This document shows, in pieces, positions 18,511 to 27,044 of a stretch of DNA of 64,000 nucleotides. Position 1 is the first letter of the stretch; each line of letters opens with the position of its first letter. This DNA comes from a virus. Its lineage: Duplodnaviria; Caudoviricetes. The notes under the pieces are model-generated. The model was not told where the DNA came from. It saw only the letters and a list, made by a program, of their open reading frames with translations, and ran no database searches. The DNA is taken from positions 1-64,000 of IMG/VR virus record IMGVR_UViG_3300046786_000304. One strand, written 5' to 3'. A program made the position numbers and the translations under genes.

Positions 18511-19012
18511 AGTATATCTAATCAAACCGCTAGAAAAGAAAAGCATTGTCTACCATGTAGAGATGTTTCGTGAAAACGCAGACGGCTCTGTCAGTTGGTT
18601 TAACATTGACGAAACATATCGTTGGGGACAGGGCTTTATTGAAGAAGATATGGACTGTAATCTTCCATGGCAAGATGATACAATAGCATATTGTAAATCT
18701 GATGTTGGTTGGGGCTGTGAGTTTGATGATAGTATTAGCATTGAGTTTGAATTCAGTGATGACTTGTCTGAAGATGAACAACAAGAAATTAAAGACGCAT
18801 ACTACGAAGGCGGAGCGGGTTGGCTTTATGATGGAGAACACAACTGGTTGGAAGAAGATTGTGTTGTTCTTGTATATGGGCCTTATCAAGTAAGCTTATG
18901 TGATGAGCTTACTGGTGAAGTAATTGAAGAGAATGTTAAACTAAAACCAAGGCCAGAACCAAGTAATGTCTGGCCGTTTGATTTTCCAAAAGACAGCGAA
19001 CAAGGAGGCTGA
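18503..19012 (+). CDS. Highly acidic hypothetical protein (paralog 2)
   Basis: Start moved to ATG 18503 (overlaps the upstream stop); KKS...YRWG...GP pattern. Confidence 0.7.
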   Translation: MSKVYLIKPLEKKSIVYHVEMFRENADGSVSWFNIDETYRWGQGFIEEDMDCNLPWQDDTIAYCKSDVGWGCEFDDSISIEFEFSDDLSEDEQQEIKDAYYEGGAGWLYDGEHNWLEEDCVVLVYGPYQVSLCDELTGEVIEENVKLKPRPEPSNVWPFDFPKDSEQGG

Positions 19013-19013
19013 T

Positions 19014-19325
19014 ATGGCAACAAAAAAGAAAAAAGATAGCATTACATTAGAAATGCCAGGTACCATTGGTGGTGCTAAAATCGTATTACCAGAAACTAAA
19101 GTAGTCAAAGGTAGTCATCTTACTATTACGTACGATGCTAATAACTATCCAATTAAATTGGAATGGGACGACGAAGCTTTGATGGCAGACGTGAGAAATG
19201 CTATACTAAAAGCAGAAAGTAATATTCCTGCTGATATGAAACCAAACGTAAAAGCTAAGGTTATTACACGCAAAAAGAAAGAAGCCGCAATGATTACGGC
19301 ATCAAAGAAAAGCAAAACAAAATAA
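19014..19325 (+). CDS. Basic hypothetical protein
   Basis: SD AGGAGG before ATG 19014. Confidence 0.65.
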   Translation: MATKKKKDSITLEMPGTIGGAKIVLPETKVVKGSHLTITYDANNYPIKLEWDDEALMADVRNAILKAESNIPADMKPNVKAKVITRKKKEAAMITASKKSKTK

Positions 19326-19326
19326 C

Positions 19327-19563
19327 ATGCTATCACAAATGAGGTTATTTTTAAACTTTTGGGAATCCAAACAACTGGAATATTGGTTAGCTGATAATTA
19401 TCCCGAACTTAAAATTAGATCATTATACGACAAGTATACGAATCCAGACGAAGAAGATTGGTATGCTATAGAAGGTAACATTGATGTTGACACCGAGTGC
19501 CTTATTAAGTTAAAATATGGCAACAAGGTAACAGTATCTAACGCAGGAATGAGACATGGATAA
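19327..19563 (+). CDS. Hypothetical protein
   Basis: Tiles between its neighbours. Confidence 0.55.
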   Translation: MLSQMRLFLNFWESKQLEYWLADNYPELKIRSLYDKYTNPDEEDWYAIEGNIDVDTECLIKLKYGNKVTVSNAGMRHG

Positions 19564-20416
19564 AATTAAAGTAAGCGAAATCTTTTACAGCGCACAAGGC
19601 GAAGGTCGCTTTATTGGCGTGCCTAGTGTGTTCTTTCGCACATTTGGTTGTAACTTCAAATGTCCGGGATTCGGACTAGAACGAGGCTTGAAAACTACAG
19701 AGCCAGATGATATTGCTCAAGTAGTTCAACTATATCCAACATTTAACGATTTGCCTTTGGCAACTTCGGGCTGTGACAGTTATGCAAGTTGGCATCCTGC
19801 ATTTAAACATCTAAGTCCTTACTACAGTATTGACGAAGCTATTGATAAAATGCTTGAACTTACTCCCAATCATAAATGGAAGCAAGACAACGGCAATGAC
19901 GTGCATTTGGTTATTACAGGCGGCGAACCTTTGCTAGGTTGGCAACAACTATATCCAGATTTGCTAAGTGAAAACAAGATGCGCGATCTCGAAAATTTAA
20001 CTTTTGAGACAAACGGCACCCAACACTTGCATGAAGATTTTAAACGATTCTTAATGAACGACTATCATTTGCGTAAGGATCAAATTACATTTAGTGTTAG
20101 TCCTAAACTAAGTGCCAGCGGTGAACTATGGAAGGATGCTATCTGTCCTGAAGTAGTTGTAGAATATCAAACACGTGGTTTTACGTATTTGAAGTTTGTT
20201 GTTGATAAGTTAGAAGACTTTAAAGAAGTTGATGCCGCTACAGCAGAGTATCGCGAAGCTGGCTTTAAAGGTCCAGTATTTGTTATGCCAGTGGGTGGTA
20301 CAGATGCGGCTTACTTTGCCAATAGTAAGCACATCGCAGACATTGCATTGGAAAAAGGTTATCGTTATAGTCCGCGACTACACGTCGACATTTGGAGTAA
20401 TGGATGGGGAAAGTAA
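19556..20416 (+). CDS. queE: 7-carboxy-7-deazaguanine synthase (radical SAM)
   Basis: KVSEIFYSAQGEGRFIG.PSVF.RT.GCNFKC...GCDS, ITGGEP, FETNGT, SVSPK, RYSPRLH. Confidence 0.9.
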   Translation: MDKIKVSEIFYSAQGEGRFIGVPSVFFRTFGCNFKCPGFGLERGLKTTEPDDIAQVVQLYPTFNDLPLATSGCDSYASWHPAFKHLSPYYSIDEAIDKMLELTPNHKWKQDNGNDVHLVITGGEPLLGWQQLYPDLLSENKMRDLENLTFETNGTQHLHEDFKRFLMNDYHLRKDQITFSVSPKLSASGELWKDAICPEVVVEYQTRGFTYLKFVVDKLEDFKEVDAATAEYREAGFKGPVFVMPVGGTDAAYFANSKHIADIALEKGYRYSPRLHVDIWSNGWGK

Positions 20417-20418
20417 AT

Positions 20419-20760
20419 ATGAAAGCACAATTACCAGCAGAAGGTATTAGCTTAGATAAAGACTTTGGAGATGCCAAAGTCTTTAATGTTGAGTGCGACT
20501 GTTCAGCTGACGACCATGCTGTTAAGATGTGGATTGAAGTGCAACGTGATAAAGATATCCCCGATGTTGAACTAAGCTTTTATGTTACTACCTGGACACC
20601 GGCATGGGGTGATTGGGGCAAGCGTTTAAAAGCAGTTTATGAGATCTTGTTTAAAGGGGTACATAAACAAGAACATCACTTGTTGCTTGGAAAACAATCA
20701 GCATTGAATTTTGCAGAAGCTATTAAAAATACAATTAAAGAAATGGAAAAAAACCAATGA
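20419..20760 (+). CDS. Hypothetical protein (CxC...H motif)
   Basis: Start moved to ATG 20419; VECDCSADDH. Confidence 0.6.
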   Translation: MKAQLPAEGISLDKDFGDAKVFNVECDCSADDHAVKMWIEVQRDKDIPDVELSFYVTTWTPAWGDWGKRLKAVYEILFKGVHKQEHHLLLGKQSALNFAEAIKNTIKEMEKNQ

Positions 20761-21857
20761 GTTATTTGTTTACTAGTGAAAGTGTGTCTGAAGGACACCC
20801 AGATAAGGTAGCAGACGCTATCAGTGACGCAGTATTAGATTTAGTGATGGCACAACAAAATCCTGCGCTTCGTTGTGCTTGTGAAACACTTGTGACAACT
20901 AATCGAGTAGTTGTTGCGGGAGAATATAAAGGCATCTTACATAACGAAGAAGTCGAAGTTGCTATTCGTAAGGTTATCAAAGATGTTGGCTACGAACAAA
21001 GTGGTTTTGATTGGCGCACAGTTGAAATTACTAACTTGCTACATGGACAAAGTGCAGACATTGCATTAGGCACAGATACCTTTGGTGCAGGTGACCAGGG
21101 GTTAATGTTTGGTTATGCTTGCAATGAAACAGATGCATATATGCCCAGTGCAATTTACTGGAGTCATCGTATTGTAGAAGAACTTACTCGTTTACGTAAG
21201 AATGGTATGATAGAATGGCTTGGTCCCGATGCTAAGAGTCAAGTAACATTTGAATACAACGATGATGGTACGCCCAAGCGTATTAGCAAAGTTGTTTGTA
21301 GCACACAGCATAAAGAAAGTATCGGTATTAGCGATGTAAGAACTACTATTAAATCCGTTATTAAAAACATTTTACCGAAACAGTATATTGATGACAACAC
21401 TGAATATTTTATTAATCCTACTGGTCGTTTTGTCATTGGCGGTCCTGATGGTGACACTGGACTCACCGGAAGAAAAATCATTGTTGATACTTATGGTGGT
21501 TATAGTCCCCATGGTGGCGGCGCATTTAGTGGTAAAGATCCTACAAAAGTTGACCGCTCGGCGGCGTACATGATGCGCTATATTGCCAAAAACATCGTAG
21601 CCAGTAAACAGGCTCCATGGGCTACTTGCCAAATTAGTTATGCTATCGGTATGGCAGAACCAATGAGCTTCTATATCGAAACTGCCGATACAAAACAAAG
21701 TAGAGATTTAACTAAGTGGGTACAGGATAATGTTGACTTGACTCCAAAAGGTATCATTGATCGTTTCAATTTATTCCGCCCCATTTATAGTTTAACAACC
21801 AATTATGGACATTTTGGTAAATCATATTTGCCATGGGAAGAAGTGGATTTATTTTAA
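20757..21857 (+). CDS. metK: S-adenosylmethionine synthetase
   Basis: FTSESVSEGHPDK, GAGDQG, GGPDGDTGLTGRKII, GGGAFSGKDPTKVDRS, YGHFG. Confidence 0.97.
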   Translation: MSYLFTSESVSEGHPDKVADAISDAVLDLVMAQQNPALRCACETLVTTNRVVVAGEYKGILHNEEVEVAIRKVIKDVGYEQSGFDWRTVEITNLLHGQSADIALGTDTFGAGDQGLMFGYACNETDAYMPSAIYWSHRIVEELTRLRKNGMIEWLGPDAKSQVTFEYNDDGTPKRISKVVCSTQHKESIGISDVRTTIKSVIKNILPKQYIDDNTEYFINPTGRFVIGGPDGDTGLTGRKIIVDTYGGYSPHGGGAFSGKDPTKVDRSAAYMMRYIAKNIVASKQAPWATCQISYAIGMAEPMSFYIETADTKQSRDLTKWVQDNVDLTPKGIIDRFNLFRPIYSLTTNYGHFGKSYLPWEEVDLF

Positions 21858-22186
21858 TGCTAAACAAACTAAAAAACCTATTCGCCAAAAAAGAAGAACC
21901 AGGTAAGAACTGGAAAGAAAGTAAAGAGCCGCAGGTACGTGTAGTTAACACAGACTTTGATGAAAACAATCCAAGACAAGGTTTTATGGAATTGGAATGG
22001 AATCCTGCTTTCATTATTTTTCTTAAAGAGCACAATTACCAAGGTAATAATGAGGAAGAGATTGTCGATAAATGGTTTACTGATTTGTGCAAAAATATCG
22101 GACAACAAATGGACGAAGAATCCAAATTTGTTGCTGATGCTGACATTTTACCAAAAAAGCGTAAAAAAGTTGACAAGAAATCATAA
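21857..22186 (+). CDS. Hypothetical protein
   Basis: TAATG coupling to metK; GFMELEWN...IVDKWF. Confidence 0.65.
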   Translation: MLNKLKNLFAKKEEPGKNWKESKEPQVRVVNTDFDENNPRQGFMELEWNPAFIIFLKEHNYQGNNEEEIVDKWFTDLCKNIGQQMDEESKFVADADILPKKRKKVDKKS

Positions 22187-22198
22187 AGAAGGTACAAT
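22170..22198 (+). promoter_or_regulatory. Sigma70-like promoter TTGACA-N17-TACAAT
   Basis: Directly upstream of ATG 22202, with no room for an SD. Confidence 0.6.
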
Positions 22199-22201
22199 AG
22201 C

Positions 22202-22411
22202 ATGTCTTCTAAAAATTTAACTTTTAAGGTTAATTGGGTCGGCGATGACCATGTTGTCGTCGGTTTTAAAAAACAAGAAGACACTGACTGGAATGAATTT
22301 TTAATGCCTGTTCGAGAATACGCAGAATTTATGTCTCTTATGCAAGAGTTTAACTTTGCTTTCAAAGAACAGATTGACCAAAAAATTATTGAATCTTACT
22401 TTAATGAATAA
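22202..22411 (+). CDS. Hypothetical protein
   Basis: Follows the promoter; overlaps the rnh start. Confidence 0.55.
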   Translation: MSSKNLTFKVNWVGDDHVVVGFKKQEDTDWNEFLMPVREYAEFMSLMQEFNFAFKEQIDQKIIESYFNE

Positions 22412-23393
22412 AACTTATCTTCTCGTAGATGCCGCTAATATGTTCTTCAGAGCACGACACGTTGTTCGTGGTGAAGATGCAGAAACTAAAGCTGGTATGG
22501 CTTACCATATTATGTTTAACAGTATTAACAAAGTATGGCGTGATTTTAAAGGTAGCCATGTTGTTATCTGCTTAGAGGGCCGCTCGTGGCGCAAAGACGT
22601 TTACGAAGGTTATAAGCGTAACCGTACAGAAGCTCGTGCGGCACTAAGCCCTAAAGAACAAGAAGAAGAACAAATGTTTTGGAAAGCCTTTGATGACCTC
22701 AAAGAGTTCTTTGAAGCTAAAAGTAATTGTACAGTTTTGCGTCACGAACGTTGTGAAGCTGATGACTTTATTGCTCGTTGGACACAAGTGCATCCAGATG
22801 ACACTCATATTATCGTAAGTAGCGACAGCGACTTTTACCAATTGCTTGCACCGAACGTAAAACAGTTTAATGGTATTACCAAACAACTAATTACTATCGA
22901 CGGCATCTTTGATGAAAAAGGTAAGCGAGTTAAAGATAAGAAAACTAAAGAAGATCTTCCTCCTCCTGACCCACAATGGTTACTGTTCGAGAAATGTATG
23001 CGTGGCGATACTACTGACAATGTCTTTAGTGCTTATCCAGGTGTGCGTGAAAAAGGCACAAAGAACAAAGTTGGTTTGAGAGAAGCCTTTGCCGACCGAG
23101 ACACCAAGGGCTATAATTGGAACAACATGATGCTCCAACGTTGGGTTGACCACGAAGGTGTCGAGCATCGTGTACGTGACAAATACCTGTTCAATAAACA
23201 ACTAATCGACTTGACAGAACAGCCAGAAGATATTAAAATAGCGTTAGATGAAACTATTGCTACTGTAACGGGAAAGGCTCCTGTTAAACAAGTAGGAATG
23301 CATTTTGTTAAATTTTGCGGTAAATGGAACCTTGTCAATATCGCAGACAGAATGGCAGAACATGGTGAGTATCTCGGAGCAACATACAAATGA
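22404..23393 (+). CDS. rnh: T4 RNase H-like 5'-3' exonuclease/flap endonuclease
   Basis: LLVDAANMFFR, EADDFIA, SSDSDFYQL, GDTTDNV; start moved to ATG 22404. Confidence 0.9.
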   Translation: MNKTYLLVDAANMFFRARHVVRGEDAETKAGMAYHIMFNSINKVWRDFKGSHVVICLEGRSWRKDVYEGYKRNRTEARAALSPKEQEEEQMFWKAFDDLKEFFEAKSNCTVLRHERCEADDFIARWTQVHPDDTHIIVSSDSDFYQLLAPNVKQFNGITKQLITIDGIFDEKGKRVKDKKTKEDLPPPDPQWLLFEKCMRGDTTDNVFSAYPGVREKGTKNKVGLREAFADRDTKGYNWNNMMLQRWVDHEGVEHRVRDKYLFNKQLIDLTEQPEDIKIALDETIATVTGKAPVKQVGMHFVKFCGKWNLVNIADRMAEHGEYLGATYK

Positions 23394-23854
23394 TTTTAGC
23401 TAAAAGTATTATTAAAGATAAGTTTTGGATTCTAGAGGAAAATGCCAAGCGTGTTGGCATGATGAACTTTAAAGATGACAATTACACTATCAATCTTAAA
23501 CGTAAGGATTTTGTAGCACACGATGCTAATGATCTCAAAAACTTAGGCATTGAATTCGTAATTCGAGACTTGACACAAGGTGGCAATATTGAAGTAATGG
23601 GCTACCCCACTGATCAAGAAGAAGTGTTCAATGTTAAAGAGATTGACGGCTATCCTACATTTACTAAGAAATCAGCTAGCAAAAGTGTCCACGTAGCCGG
23701 GTGGTATGGTTTGAAGTTTAAAAATGGCTGGGTCTGTAGCTTGTGTCCTCGGTTTACTACAATTAAAACCAATGTATTTGTAGGTCCTTATAAGACAAAA
23801 ATGGATCTTAAAGTTGTATTAAATCAACAAAAGGAAGCAGTAATAGAAGATTAA
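23390..23854 (+). CDS. Hypothetical protein
   Basis: ATGA coupling to rnh. Confidence 0.7.
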   Translation: MILAKSIIKDKFWILEENAKRVGMMNFKDDNYTINLKRKDFVAHDANDLKNLGIEFVIRDLTQGGNIEVMGYPTDQEEVFNVKEIDGYPTFTKKSASKSVHVAGWYGLKFKNGWVCSLCPRFTTIKTNVFVGPYKTKMDLKVVLNQQKEAVIED

Positions 23855-23879
23855 GTTAGCATTTAATGTGTTTTTCTGA

Positions 23880-23885
23880 TAAATA
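23880..23885 (+). promoter_or_regulatory. TAAATA late-like box
   Basis: gaTAAATAaaagtAGGAG...ATG 23904 in an intergenic gap. Confidence 0.5.
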
Positions 23886-23903
23886 AAAGTAGGAGAAACA
23901 CAA

Positions 23904-24221
23904 ATGGCTAGACCGAAACCTACTATACTTTTAACATATACAGATCCAAGCAGTTACAAAAGCGAAGAGATTCTAGAAGCTGATGCCATCTATGCTGTTT
24001 TTTATCAAGGTAAGCCATTTAACCTTAGAACACATCTAAACAGTCTCCAAGACTATCCGGGGCCAAAATACAAAAAAGTAAGTTTTAGTAATTCTGGACA
24101 TGCATTTAATTTAATGGAAAAGATGAATAAACTTTTCAAATGCAACGATTTTACTGTAGTAGAACTTATACAAGGTGTTCAGGTCAATGAATATGACCTT
24201 ATCAAAAGAACAGATAAGTAA
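23904..24221 (+). CDS. Hypothetical protein
   Basis: SD AGGAG; MARPKP...GPKYKKVSFSN. Confidence 0.75.
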   Translation: MARPKPTILLTYTDPSSYKSEEILEADAIYAVFYQGKPFNLRTHLNSLQDYPGPKYKKVSFSNSGHAFNLMEKMNKLFKCNDFTVVELIQGVQVNEYDLIKRTDK

Positions 24222-24528
24222 ACTGGTTTTTGATGAGATACAAAAATCAGTTGACAAGCCATTAAACTTTTTTCAAGTCTTCAAAAATAGCAAAGGTACA
24301 AGATTTACAGGCTTGGGCTTTGATCTTGCTAGTTTTTTATGGAAGACATATACTGTGAAGCTTCCGCAGGACTATAAAATTGCTAATAGAACTCTGCTAA
24401 TGTTGGATAGTAGAATGGAATGGCCCTATTATCTTAGCAAGAAGAAACTAGCATTATTCAGTGAAATGGACGCATTTGAATTTACTTTATACTCAGGTGA
24501 TATAAATTTATGGGCAAACAAGATTTAA
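24193..24528 (+). CDS. Hypothetical protein
   Basis: Start moved to ATG 24193. Confidence 0.6.
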   Translation: MTLSKEQISKLVFDEIQKSVDKPLNFFQVFKNSKGTRFTGLGFDLASFLWKTYTVKLPQDYKIANRTLLMLDSRMEWPYYLSKKKLALFSEMDAFEFTLYSGDINLWANKI

Positions 24529-25235
24529 TTAATTTATTTACTACATCAGGCTACAATGTTTTTAATAATATTGTAGATGTTGAATTAATAGAAGCAATCA
24601 ATAAAAAAACTTTACTGCTAGTACCTCATCGAGGACATGCTATGGACCATAAGTATTATCCCGCTGATAAAATTAACGAATGTAAAGACTTGGCCGTATG
24701 GTGGAGTCAAGAATTAAGCGGGTGGCCAGAGGTTCAAGAGATTACAAAACAACTTATTAAGGTAATAGGTTCTATGTTTAATGAACCCAGTTCATACATA
24801 GCAGACATTATAACCAACGAACCTGGCAATACACATATTAAGCCGCATATAGATAGTCCATATCGTTTTCCAAAATGGTGGGATGAAGATGAATTATTAG
24901 GTGTACAGTGCATATTGCCATTATGTGAATTCACTAAAGAAAATGGCGGTACAGGTGTTTTACCAAATAGTCACAACACTCGTTGGGTAGTTAAAGATAG
25001 TTATGCAGGGAAATATAACGAAGAGTTTTTGGCCGGCGTTGAACAACCAAAAATGGCGCCAGGTGACGCACTAATTTATCATCCTCGCACACTTCACAGC
25101 ACAATGCCCAATAACACCGACGTTCCACGTAGAGCTTTGCTTATACATATAACTAGCAAAGAAATGGCAAGATTGTTACAAGCCGAAGATACAATTTGGC
25201 AAGAAGAATCAAAAAAGATGTCAACTGATAACTGA
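24510..25235 (+). CDS. PhyH-like 2OG-Fe(II) dioxygenase
   Basis: KPHIDSP (HxD), GTGVLPNSH, GDALIY...LHSTMPN...RR. Confidence 0.85.
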   Translation: MGKQDLINLFTTSGYNVFNNIVDVELIEAINKKTLLLVPHRGHAMDHKYYPADKINECKDLAVWWSQELSGWPEVQEITKQLIKVIGSMFNEPSSYIADIITNEPGNTHIKPHIDSPYRFPKWWDEDELLGVQCILPLCEFTKENGGTGVLPNSHNTRWVVKDSYAGKYNEEFLAGVEQPKMAPGDALIYHPRTLHSTMPNNTDVPRRALLIHITSKEMARLLQAEDTIWQEESKKMSTDN

Positions 25236-25304
25236 GCTAAGGCGTTATATATATGTAGTCACAAAAATGTTACTACATTTCATTAACCTTAAAGGAAACT
25301 TAAA

Positions 25305-25601
25305 ATGAAAAATCTTATCGCTACCCTAATCGTTGCAGTTGCCGCAACATCTGCTTTCGCCGCAGAACCTGCTAAGACAGAAGCAGTTAAGAAACCAGAA
25401 GCCACAGCCGCAGTTCCTGCTACACCAAAGGAAATGCCTAAGGTTGAAAAGCCAAAGACAAAAGCTGAAAAAGACGCCGCTAAAGCAAAGGATGCCAAGC
25501 CTGCTGACACTAAAAGTGCCGCTCCAGCCGCTAGCGCACCGGCTACAACAACAGCCCCAGCAAAAGCTGAGGATAAAAAAGCCGAAGCTCCTAAGAAGTA
25601 A
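25305..25601 (+). CDS. Secreted Ala/Lys/Pro-rich low-complexity protein
   Basis: Signal peptide MKNLIATLIVAVAATSAFA|AE; SD AAAGGA. Confidence 0.8.
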   Translation: MKNLIATLIVAVAATSAFAAEPAKTEAVKKPEATAAVPATPKEMPKVEKPKTKAEKDAAKAKDAKPADTKSAAPAASAPATTTAPAKAEDKKAEAPKK

Positions 25602-25824
25602 TCCTTTAAGGTTATCGTCTATAGTACTAAATGGTACTGATCCATCATGTACTATAGATGACGAAGACATTTATGTCGCTTATCGTAGACCAGATGTTCC
25701 TAAGTTCAAACCAATTATTGATGACGATGACGAAGAACTTTCAGACTACGTAAAGACTAGATTACTAATTGCAAGGACTCTTGCAATGAAGAAGTTTTAT
25801 GAGCAATACCCGGAAGCCGCTTAA
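25602..25824 (+). CDS. Possible coding segment with no canonical in-frame start for its conserved-looking part
   Basis: +1 frame open across it: DDEDIYVAYRRP...DDDDEELSDYVKTRLLIARTLAMKKFYEQY; ends inside the terminator. Confidence 0.35.
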
Positions 25825-25839
25825 AGCGGCTTTCTTTTT
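25814..25839 (+). terminator. Intrinsic terminator
   Basis: AAGCCGC-ttaaa-GCGGCTT then TCTTTTT; the stops of both converging ORFs fall in the loop. Confidence 0.75.
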
Positions 25840-26768
25840 GGGATAATGATATCTGCGCCACAATAACAATCATCTAAGTTACAAGTTATAGGCTTATTTA
25901 AAAATTTTACTGTGTTGTCAGATATCCTACCAACAACCCCACCGACTCTACACATTGCTCGAAGAGCCTCGTCTGTTTCTATTACCAATCTATAGATACC
26001 AGCATCACATTCCCATCCTTTGAATTTGTTTTCTTGTAATTGTTGCATTTGGCCGCCATGTCTAGCATAGGAAATCCCACGAGCATCTATGCCACGGGCT
26101 TCAAAGAATGTTTGCGTTACATAACCTGTTTGCTCTATAGTAAATTTTTTATTATTATTTTTTATAATACTTAATTCTTCATCACTATATGTTCCGTTGT
26201 GAAAATCATATGCGTCAGGTAACACCACCGGAACCATTATAACTGCTACGCTATTTGTGGTTGATGATCTTATTATATCAAAGTGCTCAACTGATTTATC
26301 AAATTCTTTTTTTGCTACTGTAACACTACACGACACTTCATGAAGATGTTGTTTTGCTATATTAAGTATTGTGGCTGTGTGATTTGGATCTGCATGTTGT
26401 TCGGGATGATGACTGATAATTAATCTGTCCGATAACTTTAATGGCAAAAACTCTTCCCACCAACGCATGGTACGACTGCCATTGCTAAACATTTGAGTAT
26501 AGCCGCCACGTTGTTTGATGTGTGTTAAAAATTCTACTATTTTTGGGTACAATGTTGGCTCGCCGCCTTGTACAATAAACAATGTAGGAATGTTGTTGCT
26601 TTCCATTAAATTATCTATAGTTCTTTTGTAATCTTCTATGTCCAATGCACGTCTAGTACCAGATTTAAAATTATCATCGCAAAAACTGCAATCAAAATTA
26701 CAATAATTCCCCAACCTTATTTCTACTTGGCGCACAGGCTGTACGTTTCTTATTTCAACGAAATCCAT
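25821..26768 (-). CDS. Radical SAM protein, subtype C (C-terminal Twitch-like Cys cluster), lone inverted gene
   Basis: CNFDCSFC, QGGEPT, SNGSR, WECDAG...C...CNLDDCYCGAD..IPK; start moved to ATG 26768. Confidence 0.9.
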   Translation of the reverse strand: MDFVEIRNVQPVRQVEIRLGNYCNFDCSFCDDNFKSGTRRALDIEDYKRTIDNLMESNNIPTLFIVQGGEPTLYPKIVEFLTHIKQRGGYTQMFSNGSRTMRWWEEFLPLKLSDRLIISHHPEQHADPNHTATILNIAKQHLHEVSCSVTVAKKEFDKSVEHFDIIRSSTTNSVAVIMVPVVLPDAYDFHNGTYSDEELSIIKNNNKKFTIEQTGYVTQTFFEARGIDARGISYARHGGQMQQLQENKFKGWECDAGIYRLVIETDEALRAMCRVGGVVGRISDNTVKFLNKPITCNLDDCYCGADIIIPKRKPL

Positions 26769-26773
26769 GCTGA

Positions 26774-26808
26774 TATTTATTGACACAAATTGGTTTTGGT
26801 GCTATAAT
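26774..26808. promoter_or_regulatory. Back-to-back promoters: minus-strand TAAATA (26774-26779) abutting plus-strand TTGACA-N17-TATAAT (26780-26808)
   Basis: tatttaTTGACAcaaattggttttggtgcTATAAT. Confidence 0.75.
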
Positions 26809-26813
26809 ACAGC

Positions 26814-27044
26814 ATGACTAAAGAAAAAGTAAACGATATTATTCAATGGGCGGGTACATTTTTCATCCTTGCGATGTATGTACTAATGAATTTCTTTCGA
26901 GAATTGGGCTTAGATCCAATTTGCGGCCTACTAGGTGGGCTTTGCTTTGCAATTTGGAGTTATCGTGTTGCAAATAAGCCACAGTTGTTAGTCAATGTAG
27001 TTGCTATCACTGTATGCGTGGTTGGTTTGTACAAAGCTTTTTAA
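26814..27044 (+). CDS. Small membrane protein
   Basis: Three hydrophobic segments; resembles 1870..2109. Confidence 0.65.
   Translation: MTKEKVNDIIQWAGTFFILAMYVLMNFFRELGLDPICGLLGGLCFAIWSYRVANKPQLLVNVVAITVCVVGLYKAF

Noticed and set aside
25333-25601. A 163-aa dual-coding ORF starting at ATG 25333
   Set aside because: The +1 frame over the Ala/Lys/Pro-rich gene is open because that gene has few codons that create stops; no SD precedes 25333. Only the part past 25601 looks protein-like (kept as a finding).
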